Positions 1-8,737 of a DNA stretch of 64,000 nucleotides are shown here, piece after piece. Under the pieces are notes generated by a model, which saw nothing but the letters and a program-made list of their open reading frames with translations, ran no database searches and was not told the origin of the DNA. The position numbers and the translations under genes are program-made. The DNA lies in contig JAYZBQ010000048.1 in the NCBI GenBank assembly GCA_036338695.1, positions 320,001-384,000 of the forward strand, read 5' to 3'. The DNA is from Myxococcota bacterium. Lineage in GTDB: Bacteria; Myxococcota; UBA4151. Positions within the stretch are counted from its first letter, which is position 1, and every line of letters starts with the position of its first letter.

Positions 1-2
1 TT

Positions 3-326
3 TTCTCGTTTATTCCCTTGTGGGGCTTGCTCGGTATGGCGCGTCATCCCAGCGCCTGGTCAACGGCGCTCAAGGTCATGGCCTTTGGACAGGTTCCCCT
101 GGTCCTGTGCGGCGTCGTCAGCGCCTTAGCGATGACGCTCGGTGGCTCCATCGGTCTATCGATCGGGATGATGGTCCTGATCAGTGGGGTCCTTTGGAGC
201 CTGTCGCTCTGGGTTGGGTTCTTGATCCGCATCGGCAGCCTCCCGGCGCGCCAGTCGGTCGTCATGGTCTTGATGATTCTGCTCTTTAACTTCACTCTGC
301 TCACGACCGTTGCGGGCCTAAACTAA
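3..326 (+). CDS. Partial (5'-truncated) multi-pass membrane protein, possibly Yip1-like
   Basis: Frame is open from the window edge to TAA at 324-326 and has several hydrophobic segments. The family is a guess. Confidence 0.55.
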   Translation, partial: FSFIPLWGLLGMARHPSAWSTALKVMAFGQVPLVLCGVVSALAMTLGGSIGLSIGMMVLISGVLWSLSLWVGFLIRIGSLPARQSVVMVLMILLFNFTLLTTVAGLN

Positions 327-361
327 ACAGCCTCGCACGTCGCCGTACAGGAGGCTTCCCT

Positions 362-1684
362 ATGTTGATGTCCATCGACGCCGCGCAGCGTCATCGAAAC
401 CGTCTCATCGCAGCGCTTCAGCCGGGCGACCTGGTCCTCTTGCCGGCTGCCAAGCACACGACGCGCAACAACGACGTGCATCACCGGTTTCGCCAAGACA
501 GCGACTTTTATTACCTAACCGGCTTCCTCGAAGCCGACGCCGTCGCCGTCATCGGAAAAACCGACGAGGGTAACCAGTTCAGCCTCTTTGTCCTGCCCAA
601 AGACCCTGAGCGTGAGGTCTGGGACGGCTACCGCTGCGGCACCCAAGGCGCCTGCGACCAATACCGAGCCGACGCGTCGTACTCGCTCGACGAGATCGAT
701 GACGTGATGCCCGGGCTCATCGACGGCGCCACCCGGCTGATCTATCCGGTCGAGAACGAAGCGTTTGAGCGGCGCGTTGCGCAGTGGCGCGGTCGGGTCC
801 AGGCGAAAGTTCGACTCGGCGCGCAATGTCCGACGACCTTCGTCAGCCTAAGCTCGATCGTCCATGAGCTCAGGCTGATCAAAGATGACTACGAGCTCGA
901 CCTTATGGAGCGCGCCGGTCAGATCTCAGTGGCGGCGCACCGCGCAGCGATGACGGCAGGAGTGCCCGGAAGCTCCGAGTACGCGCTCGAGGGGCTCATC
1001 GAAGGCTCTTTTCGTCAGGCCGGGGCGCTGCGCTTCGCCTACCCGAGCATCGTCGCCGCCGGCGCCAACGGCTGCGTGCTGCACTACCAAACGAACAACG
1101 ACACGATCAAAGAAGGAGACATGCTGCTGATCGATGCGGGCTGCGAGTACGCCGGCTACGCCTCTGATATCACGGTCACCTGGCCTGCTTCGGGTCGCTT
1201 TACTGAAGCGCAAGCAAAGGTCTACGAGGCGGTCTTGAGGGTGCAACAAGAGGTGGTGGCGGCGGTGCGCCCTGGCGCCACCTTCAAGCAGCTCAACACC
1301 ATCGCCTGCGAGGGGCTCTTGCGCGAGATGCAAGCGCTCGGTCTCGTCGACACCGAGCGATCGATCGACGAGCTCATGGAAGCCCAAGCGTACAAACCCT
1401 ACTATATGCACTCGATCGGGCACTGGATCGGTATGGACGTCCACGACGTCGGCTCGTACGGAAAAGACCGCAGCCGCCCCTTCGAGCCTGGGATGGTGCT
1501 CACTGTCGAGCCGGGTATCTACATCGCACCGGACGCACCGGACGCGCCGGCGGAGCTAAGAGGCATTGCGGTGCGCATCGAGGACGACATTGCGGTCACG
1601 ACCGGTGAGCCGAGAAATCTGACCCACGGTCTCCCCCGCACCGTCCAAGAGATTCACGAGTTCATGGACGCCACACGCGCCTGA
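362..1684 (+). CDS. pepP: Xaa-Pro aminopeptidase (peptidase M24B)
   Basis: Motifs RNNDVHHRFRQDSDFYYLTG, LHY, DAGCEY..YASDIT, HSIGHWIGMDVHD, TVEPGIY, RIEDDI; GGAGG RBS upstream. Confidence 0.95.
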   Translation: MLMSIDAAQRHRNRLIAALQPGDLVLLPAAKHTTRNNDVHHRFRQDSDFYYLTGFLEADAVAVIGKTDEGNQFSLFVLPKDPEREVWDGYRCGTQGACDQYRADASYSLDEIDDVMPGLIDGATRLIYPVENEAFERRVAQWRGRVQAKVRLGAQCPTTFVSLSSIVHELRLIKDDYELDLMERAGQISVAAHRAAMTAGVPGSSEYALEGLIEGSFRQAGALRFAYPSIVAAGANGCVLHYQTNNDTIKEGDMLLIDAGCEYAGYASDITVTWPASGRFTEAQAKVYEAVLRVQQEVVAAVRPGATFKQLNTIACEGLLREMQALGLVDTERSIDELMEAQAYKPYYMHSIGHWIGMDVHDVGSYGKDRSRPFEPGMVLTVEPGIYIAPDAPDAPAELRGIAVRIEDDIAVTTGEPRNLTHGLPRTVQEIHEFMDATRA

Positions 1685-1690
1685 GCGACC

Positions 1691-4600
1691 TTATGGACCC
1701 AGCTTCACGGCCGGGAAGGTCGCTGTTTGCCCTGCGGCGAGGTCCTCGCGCCCGCCGCTGGTCGCCTCGACGACCTCACGAAGTCGACGGGTCAAGACCG
1801 CAAACACTCCATTGAGTACCTCCACGCGATCCGCCACGAGGTCCATGAAGTCTTGTCGATCGATCACCAACAGATCGACACCGTCGCCGCGCCGCGCAGC
1901 CGTCGCCGAGGCTGGGCGCGCCTTGCGATCCAAGAAGCCCACCTGACCAAAGCTCTCAAAGGCACCAAGCCGGAGCAGATAGTTCCCATCCCGGTGAAAA
2001 CTCACGTCACCTGAGACGATCACGAACAGCGCCGTGGACGGGTCATGTTCTCGGTAGATCGCTTGCCCAGGCTCGTAGCGCTCAGGGCGCGCAAGATCGG
2101 CGATGGCCGCCAACTCATCGATGTTGAGCTCACTAAAGAGCTCCACGCGCTGCAGCAAAAAGATCCGATCGATCAGCTCATCGGACATACGGTCCTCCGG
2201 TAGGATGCTCGCGTCCAGCGCCGGTCGAGGCAAGCCCGAACGGCTCAGGCAGCGCCCCGCCACCGCGGCGAGCGTGCGGTCACCCCCCTCGGCGATCTCA
2301 CGCGCCACGTCATGAGAGACGCTCGGCTCGATCGTGGCTTCGGCGCGCTCGAGCTCGGTCAGCAACATGCGTTTCAAGGGGTGGTGTCCGAGGCTCACAT
2401 CAAGGAGCTCAAGCGCGTCGCCGCGCGAGGCGCGGTTGCCGTGCACCAGCACCCGCGTCACCGCTGCGATCAGGCTCCGGTCACCGTGCAGCGCAAACAA
2501 TTTAAGACAGATATCGAGCACCTGAGCATGCCGGCTCTGTACGGCGCGATAGAGCAGGTCAAAGCGCTGCGGATCGGTCGCCAGCGCCGCCCACTGCTGC
2601 CGCAGCGCGAACAAGCGCTTAATCTGTCGCTCGATCGCGGCGTGGGTCCAGGCGACGTCCAGCTGAGAGGCGAGCCAAGGGCGCGCATGCACCAGGCGTG
2701 ACAACGCGCTCGCCACACGAAACTGTAAAAAGGGGTCGTCGTCTGGGTTGGAGCGCAGCATCACGTCCGCCGCGCGCGCCGTCCCGATCATACGCAACAG
2801 CCGTGGCACCTCGTGGCGCAGCCGCAGGCTAATCTCGTGATCGTTCAGCCACGCCTCCGCCTGATCGATCACGCCGTCGCCATAGGCAGCAAGCGCATCA
2901 CGCGCCGTCTGACGCACCGCGTGCTGACGAAGCGCCTGAGCTAACAAGGGGACCGCCTCTTCAAGCTGCAACCGACCACAGCTCTGAGCCGCTAAACGCA
3001 CCACACTCGGCTCATCATCGCCGAGCATCTCGAGCAAAAATTCAGACCACTCGCCCTTAGGAAGGTTACCCAAAAGACGAGCAAACTCTCGCCGATAAGC
3101 TGGCGTTCCTTGGCGGATATAATCAAAAGAGGCCATCACCAGATGGATCCCTCGAGCGCGGCGATCAGGGCAGGCAAAAAGCGCCTCGATGCCTGCGCTC
3201 CTAAGCGCTGGGTCGGTCTGCGCATCGACGACGAGTGGCTCGAGCAGGTCGGCGCTGCGCAGAGCGTCGATGCGCAACAAGCTACGCGCTGCGGCGGCGC
3301 GTGTGCGGCGGTCGCTATGCTCCAAAACCAACCGCTCCAAAATCGGCCAGAGCTGATGCCGCTGATGGTGTGAGGACCACTCGATAGCTCGCAGACGCAC
3401 GCGCTCGTCGCGATGCCCGAGCAGCGTCGAGAGGTGCGCTGTGAGGTCATAGTTGGACTCCGCCAAAAGCTTGAGCGCGCCGAGCACCCTGTTTGCGTCC
3501 GTATCAGACAACATCTGAACCAAAATCCCGAGCGTCGAGGCGTCCTCAAAACCAGCGGGCTGCGGCGCGTTGTCGCGCCGCACGCGCCCGGTGATCTTTC
3601 GGTTCAGACTCTCGGCGTAGTCGGAGCGCAGCAGGCGGATGATCACCACCACCAGACCGACCACGGCGAGCACCGTCGTTGGGTGAATCGCCGCCGGCGC
3701 AAACCAACCGAGCGCAAGGAGCAACAAACCACAGATAGCGCTGCCGATCTTCTTGACCGTGCCATCGAGGAGCGCGCGCAGCGACCCACGCAAGGGCGCC
3801 GGGATCGGGTTGTACAAAAGCGCAACGGCAGCCGACGTCACCGAGAACGAACCGACAGATTGCACGACCTTAAGGGAGTACAGCGGCATGATCGAGCCTG
3901 AGAACCCGATGGCGGCGGCGGCGCTGATCGCCACGGCGATCGGGATCAACATCAAAAAGGGGAACAACCCCATCCTGCTGAGCAGCACGCGCGACAGAAA
4001 CAACTGGAACAAAAGCGCAATGATCCCAGCGTCTACATTGTAGGCGCCAAACAGCGCGTTCATGCCTTCGGCGTCGCGTACGTTCGCAACCGCGCTGCGA
4101 AACAGGTAATCGATCAACGCAGAGAGCAGGGACAGCGAGACGACTAGAGCGCCAAGCAGCTTCGGGTAACGCTCGGCGCGCGTGTACAACACCCCCGCGT
4201 TGATCCGCGCTTGGCCCCCGGTGGTGCGCGGGACCATGGTCCCGCCTGCGCCGCGCCCGATCACCCGAAACAAGGGCTGCGACGCAAACAGCAACAAGCC
4301 GGCGATCACCACCTGAACAGAAGGGTGTACGCCCCCTGAGAAAAGAGAGACCGCCGCGCCGCCCAAGATCGAACCCGCCATACCCGAGGCGCCGATGATC
4401 CCGAGCATGCGCTTGCTCGTTCGCAGGTCAAAGACCTCCGACAGGGTCCCCCAAAACAAGATCGACAGGATCGTCGTATAGGTCTCACCGACGACATAAA
4501 GCAGCGGCTCGATACCCGGCGCCTCAAAATACGCCACGCCCCCTAGAACCGTGAGCACCACGGCGCTGACACGCAGCGCCTGACGACCGACTGAATAGGC

Positions 4601-4822
4601 AGAATAGCGCGCCAGCGGCTGCGCCAAGAGATAGGAGCCAAAGGCGACCGCCCCTGCGCTAAGCACGTAGAGCGCAGGGAGCACGCGCGGGTCATGCTGG
4701 CTCAAAAAGAGTGCGTTCGACGCCGCTTTGGTCCCCACGACGCCGCCGATAAAGAGCGCAAAAAATGCCATCGAGGCCAGCGCGGACCACTCTTGATTTT
4801 TTGGCACGCCTAATCGGCGCAT
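1691..4822 (-). CDS. Npt1/Npt2 (TLC)-like nucleotide transporter fused to HEAT repeats and a C-terminal cNMP-binding domain
   Basis: About 12 TM helices with FWGTLSEVFDLRTSKRMLGIIGA and LYNPIP...R...DG; HEAT-like repeats (LGHRDERVRLRA, LGDDEPSVVRLAA); cNMP domain (LFVIVSGDV, FGQVG, RPASA). Start placed at ATG 4822; the ORF extends to 4915. Confidence 0.85.
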   Translation of the reverse strand: MRRLGVPKNQEWSALASMAFFALFIGGVVGTKAASNALFLSQHDPRVLPALYVLSAGAVAFGSYLLAQPLARYSAYSVGRQALRVSAVVLTVLGGVAYFEAPGIEPLLYVVGETYTTILSILFWGTLSEVFDLRTSKRMLGIIGASGMAGSILGGAAVSLFSGGVHPSVQVVIAGLLLFASQPLFRVIGRGAGGTMVPRTTGGQARINAGVLYTRAERYPKLLGALVVSLSLLSALIDYLFRSAVANVRDAEGMNALFGAYNVDAGIIALLFQLFLSRVLLSRMGLFPFLMLIPIAVAISAAAAIGFSGSIMPLYSLKVVQSVGSFSVTSAAVALLYNPIPAPLRGSLRALLDGTVKKIGSAICGLLLLALGWFAPAAIHPTTVLAVVGLVVVIIRLLRSDYAESLNRKITGRVRRDNAPQPAGFEDASTLGILVQMLSDTDANRVLGALKLLAESNYDLTAHLSTLLGHRDERVRLRAIEWSSHHQRHQLWPILERLVLEHSDRRTRAAAARSLLRIDALRSADLLEPLVVDAQTDPALRSAGIEALFACPDRRARGIHLVMASFDYIRQGTPAYRREFARLLGNLPKGEWSEFLLEMLGDDEPSVVRLAAQSCGRLQLEEAVPLLAQALRQHAVRQTARDALAAYGDGVIDQAEAWLNDHEISLRLRHEVPRLLRMIGTARAADVMLRSNPDDDPFLQFRVASALSRLVHARPWLASQLDVAWTHAAIERQIKRLFALRQQWAALATDPQRFDLLYRAVQSRHAQVLDICLKLFALHGDRSLIAAVTRVLVHGNRASRGDALELLDVSLGHHPLKRMLLTELERAEATIEPSVSHDVAREIAEGGDRTLAAVAGRCLSRSGLPRPALDASILPEDRMSDELIDRIFLLQRVELFSELNIDELAAIADLARPERYEPGQAIYREHDPSTALFVIVSGDVSFHRDGNYLLRLGAFESFGQVGFLDRKARPASATAARRGDGVDLLVIDRQDFMDLVADRVEVLNGVFAVLTRRLREVVEATSGGREDLAAGQTATFPAVKLGP

Positions 4823-4927
4823 GACCACCCGCACACTGCGCACTTCAGGATTTCCCGTCACGGTTCGGCAATCGACCGACGCACAGTGATTGGCTCTCAG
4901 CCCCGCCTTTGGCAAGATGTGCTCGTC

Positions 4928-6043
4928 ATGAGGTCCTTACTCACCGGTCTTGTTGGCTCGATGCTCGCGTGCAGCGGCGAAGGGCAGGTCTACCATGAGA
5001 CGCTGCCACAGCCGGCGGCGGTCGACGACCTGCGCTCCGTCTCGGAGCAGCGCACGCTCGACCTCGAGTCCGGGCTGATCCGCTGGCAATTTGAGGTCGG
5101 CACGCTGACGAAGAGCTTTGCGCTCTACATCGAGGGCGCCACCGGCGCTGAATACCTTATCGATGAGCTTGAAGGGCCGGACGGCGTGCTGGTGCGCTCG
5201 CGCGCCAGCAGCGACGAAGCCGCCTCCGGACTCGGCGCTGCGGCGGCGCCGTTCTTTTCAGCTAACCGAAGCGTTGGAGACCACGGGGGCGCGAGCCTGC
5301 TGGTCCCCAACGACCCGAGGCTCAAGGTCACGCCGGGGACCTGGTCGGCGCGCCTTCGAAGCACACGAACCGAACCCCACAGCGTCCGCCTAACCCGCAT
5401 CGAACAGCATGCCTCGGCACGCCCGGCGGCAGTTCGAATCCCGCTCAACGTCCACCTCTCCGGGGCGGGCGGGATCACGCGAGACAATGCGCAGACGCAC
5501 CCTCGTTTACGCCGTGCGATGCAGCGCATTCAGTCCATCTTCTCGCCGGCGAACATCGAGCTCTCACCGATCAATTATTGGGAGCTCGACGAGGGTTTTC
5601 AGGTCCTCGAAGACGTAACGCTTAGAGACGATCAGAGCCTCGAGATGCTCCAGAGCAGCTCGACATCTGATGGGATCAACCTGTTCTTGATCGAGCGCTT
5701 CGAGCCAGCCGATGACCTGCTCGGGACCGTCGGTGGCGTCAGCGCTGCGATCCCGGGTGACCCGCGCGCAGGAGAGCGCTTCGCAGGGGTGGTCGTGGCG
5801 ACGAGCTTCTCAGACGATACGCCCGAAGACGACCTCCTCGGTCTGACCGCGGCGCATGAGATCGGTCACTTCCTCGGGCTTTTTCACACGAGCGAGGCTG
5901 CAGGCTTTGAAGACCCCCTCGAAGACACCGAGGGCGCGACAGAGGACAACCTCATGCATCACCTGAGCCGCTCCGGCCGAGACCAGCTCACAGAGCATCA
6001 AGGGATGGTCCTGCGAGCGCATCCTGCGGGGGTCCTGCCGTGA
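4928..6043 (+). CDS. Lipoprotein zinc metalloprotease (metzincin, M43/pappalysin-like)
   Basis: Lipobox MLAC; HEIGHFLGLFH zinc motif; NLM Met-turn. Confidence 0.8.
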   Translation: MRSLLTGLVGSMLACSGEGQVYHETLPQPAAVDDLRSVSEQRTLDLESGLIRWQFEVGTLTKSFALYIEGATGAEYLIDELEGPDGVLVRSRASSDEAASGLGAAAAPFFSANRSVGDHGGASLLVPNDPRLKVTPGTWSARLRSTRTEPHSVRLTRIEQHASARPAAVRIPLNVHLSGAGGITRDNAQTHPRLRRAMQRIQSIFSPANIELSPINYWELDEGFQVLEDVTLRDDQSLEMLQSSSTSDGINLFLIERFEPADDLLGTVGGVSAAIPGDPRAGERFAGVVVATSFSDDTPEDDLLGLTAAHEIGHFLGLFHTSEAAGFEDPLEDTEGATEDNLMHHLSRSGRDQLTEHQGMVLRAHPAGVLP

Positions 6044-6405
6044 TTTTCTTATTGAACCTAGCGCTGCTCGTGCACGGACATCACCCTCTACCCCGAGCGA
6101 TCCAGCCAGCAGCCTGCGCAGCCTCCGAGGCGCAGCTGCGCGCCACGCTAGCGAGCGCGCCGAGACCCCAGCGCCAGCGAGCGCTCGCGCTGCTGTGGCG
6201 CTGTCAGGCGAATCTACCGCTGCAGCAGCTTCGAGACGACCTCGACCCGGAGCTCCGCCTGAGTGCGTGGCGCCTCACGCTCAAGCGCCTGCCAACAGAC
6301 GATCCATTGTGGCGAACCGCGACAAGGAGCTTGCCCGCAAAGCACGCGCAGAGCATTCTGCGCCTGCAACGTCGACGAATCGATCTTGAACGCACCGAAC
6401 CATGA
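6040..6405 (+). CDS. Small hypothetical secreted helical (HEAT-like) protein
   Basis: GTGA/ATGA overlaps with both neighbours; hydrophobic N-terminus; LRDDLDPELRLSA resembles a HEAT repeat. Confidence 0.6.
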   Translation: MIFLLNLALLVHGHHPLPRAIQPAACAASEAQLRATLASAPRPQRQRALALLWRCQANLPLQQLRDDLDPELRLSAWRLTLKRLPTDDPLWRTATRSLPAKHAQSILRLQRRRIDLERTEP

Positions 6406-7784
6406 TCCTCAGCTTGCTGCTCGCTACCGCCTCCGCTCAGCCGATCACCTTGGTCTACACCGGGGATCGCCTCGGCAAGGTCGAGCCCTGCGGGTGCCCA
6501 AAGAACCCGATGGGTCACATTGCGCGCCATGTCCGCTACTTGGAGGAGCGACGACAAAAGAACTCGGACCTGATCGCCTTTGACCTCGGCAACTACTTTT
6601 TCGAGTCGCTCGACATCGAGGACAACCTCCGTGAGCAGCAGGCGCGCAGGGCGGCGATTTTAAGCCGCAGCCTGAGCAAGCTCAAGCTCGACTTCATGGT
6701 GCCCGGGCCGACCGATTTTGCCGCTGGTTTTGAGGGCTACAAGAGACTGCTCGAGGGCGTCAAAACGCCCGTTCTTGCCGCAGACCTACTCACCCCATCA
6801 GGCCAGCCAGCCTTCGCAACACACCTGGTCCTCGAGCGCCACGGTAAGCGAGTCCTGATTATTGGTATCGCCGGATTTGTCCCGGCGCAAACGACGCTCA
6901 CGCGCCGCGCGCCACTCGACGCGATCCGCCGCGTCCGGGCGCAGGCCGGCGAGGTCGACGTCACCATCATCGCCTCCCACTTAGACCGCAGCGCAGGGTT
7001 GGGGCTGGCGGAAAAAGAAGAAGGCTTGGCGGCGGTCCTCATCGCCGACAAGCACCTGCACCTGATCCCCAAGCAGGCGGGCGGCGCGGTGGTCGTTGGG
7101 AGCTCGAAAGAGGGTAAGCACGTCGCCGAGCTGCAGCTGACCCACCAAGGCGACGGCGCCTATGCGGGGGGCATGACCCTGCGCCGGCTCAAGTTCAAGC
7201 TGGCGAAAGCGACCGGCGATGAGGCGCAGAAGCTACAGGCTGAGCTGGACCGGTTTGAAGCCGGTAACCTGTTTCGCTACCGGGTCGATGCGCTCGGCGA
7301 AGAGCGCAGCGAAGACCCCGAGGTCGCCGGCTGGGTCAAAGCGTATGTCCACTTCGTCGGCAAGCTCGAGAGCGAGCGGGGTGAGGCGCCTCCGGGATAC
7401 AGCGGCGAGGGAGACTTTGCCGGCTTTGAAGCCTGCGCAACCTGTCACGCCGACATCGTCGCTACCTGGCGCGCCACGCGACACGCCATCGCCTACCAGA
7501 GCCTCTACGATCGGGGGCAACATTTGGACCGGGAGTGCATCGGCTGCCACACCGCTGGTTGGCGGCACCCGGGCGGTTTCTCTGACCCCCGCGCGGTCGG
7601 GATCCTTAAAAATGTGCAGTGCGAGAGCTGCCATGGTCCCGGGAAAGAGCATGCCAAAACAGGCGACAAGCGCCTGATCGAGCGCGGGCAAGGGAACGCC
7701 GCCTTCTGCGAGCGATGCCACCAAAAAGAGCTCGAGACTGGCTTTGATGAAGCCACCCACATCCCCATGGTCAAGCACTGGTAA
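6402..7784 (+). CDS. UshA-like (5'-nucleotidase-fold) domain with CxC motif fused to a tetraheme cytochrome c (c554-like)
   Basis: Signal peptide; YTGD..G.VEPCGC, DLGN; four CxxCH motifs (CATCH, CIGCH, CESCH, CERCH). Confidence 0.85.
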   Translation: MILSLLLATASAQPITLVYTGDRLGKVEPCGCPKNPMGHIARHVRYLEERRQKNSDLIAFDLGNYFFESLDIEDNLREQQARRAAILSRSLSKLKLDFMVPGPTDFAAGFEGYKRLLEGVKTPVLAADLLTPSGQPAFATHLVLERHGKRVLIIGIAGFVPAQTTLTRRAPLDAIRRVRAQAGEVDVTIIASHLDRSAGLGLAEKEEGLAAVLIADKHLHLIPKQAGGAVVVGSSKEGKHVAELQLTHQGDGAYAGGMTLRRLKFKLAKATGDEAQKLQAELDRFEAGNLFRYRVDALGEERSEDPEVAGWVKAYVHFVGKLESERGEAPPGYSGEGDFAGFEACATCHADIVATWRATRHAIAYQSLYDRGQHLDRECIGCHTAGWRHPGGFSDPRAVGILKNVQCESCHGPGKEHAKTGDKRLIERGQGNAAFCERCHQKELETGFDEATHIPMVKHW

Positions 7785-7788
7785 TGCG

Positions 7789-8355
7789 TCAGCGAAGCGC
7801 CGGCGGACGCCCTAAACCGAAGCGTAAGAGCCGCCAGCGCCGACCTTCCGCGTCTTGACCGGTCACCAAACCGTTCACCGGCACGCGCGGATGAAAAATC
7901 GACTCCCCCTGGCGCAACGCCCCGATGAATACACCTGCAGGCACCTGCACGGCAGCGATGGATTGCGCCGATTCATCAAGTCGCAGCCGAAGAAAGGGGT
8001 CGTCGCCCTTGAGCACCGAGGTCACGGTGTGGGTGGCTCTGCGGCGGCTGCGCCTCGTGAGTTCGACCAACCAATCACCCTGCGCAGACTTTGAGGACAA
8101 GACAGCGGTCAACAAGGCGCGCCCGTGCGCGCTGACCTCCTCGTAGAGCGCCCACTGCTCGACGCTGGGTGTCAGCAGCGCCTGCGCGCCGAGCGCGTCG
8201 TAGCGCGGCGGCGGCTCAATCGGCGCCTCCGCCCAACCGTTCAAGGCACGGTACTGCGGGCTCGAGCATGCGCTGAGCCAGCACGCGATGAACCAGACCG
8301 CCCAGCGCCGCTGTCCAAACGAAGCGAGCGAGCGGCCGGGAAAGGAACACGTCAT
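7789..8355 (-). CDS. Hypothetical lipoprotein
   Basis: Lipobox-like WLSAC after a basic/hydrophobic N-terminus; start uncertain. Confidence 0.55.
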   Translation of the reverse strand: MTCSFPGRSLASFGQRRWAVWFIACWLSACSSPQYRALNGWAEAPIEPPPRYDALGAQALLTPSVEQWALYEEVSAHGRALLTAVLSSKSAQGDWLVELTRRSRRRATHTVTSVLKGDDPFLRLRLDESAQSIAAVQVPAGVFIGALRQGESIFHPRVPVNGLVTGQDAEGRRWRLLRFGLGRPPALR

Positions 8356-8380
8356 GTCACACCCGCCCGCTGACGACGCG

Positions 8381-8737
8381 CTATCCTGCGTCACCAACTG
8401 GCGCTTCGCCTGCGTCCCCAGCGGGTGCTCCAGTGTCCGGGGCAGGAGCTGGCGCGCCGCTGTCTTGGGTGGGCGCGTTGCCCCCTTCAGGTAAGCCAGC
8501 GGCGTCCAGATAATCGGCTGATTGAAGCTGGCAGACCCCCTCGATGCATCGGTAACCCGGGCTGCAGCTGTCTCCGATGCTTCCATCGACCACGAACCCA
8601 CACTGCCGCGGCGCGCACACCCGCCCCCGCCCACAGACTTCGCCCACCGGACAGTCCTCAGATACGTTGCAGGTTTGCTGCGTACACGAGGAGCCCAGGG
8701 TCGGGAGGCTCAAGGCGAGCATGAGCGCCAACCTCAA
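8381..8737 (-). CDS. Small Cys-rich lipoprotein
   Basis: Signal peptide; two Cys clusters (C....DC..GEVC....C; C......SCSPGYRCIEGVC); DAG/PAP low-complexity tail; ATGA overlap with upstream gene. Confidence 0.75.
   Translation of the reverse strand: MRLALMLALSLPTLGSSCTQQTCNVSEDCPVGEVCGRGRVCAPRQCGFVVDGSIGDSCSPGYRCIEGVCQLQSADYLDAAGLPEGGNAPTQDSGAPAPAPDTGAPAGDAGEAPVGDAG

Noticed and set aside
5432..5442. GTTCGAATCCC resembling a tRNA T-loop
   Set aside because: Lies inside the metalloprotease CDS; no cloverleaf stems around it
6480..6500. Possible selenocysteine in the UshA-like motif
   Set aside because: Codons are TGC-GGG-TGC (Cys-Gly-Cys); no in-frame TGA
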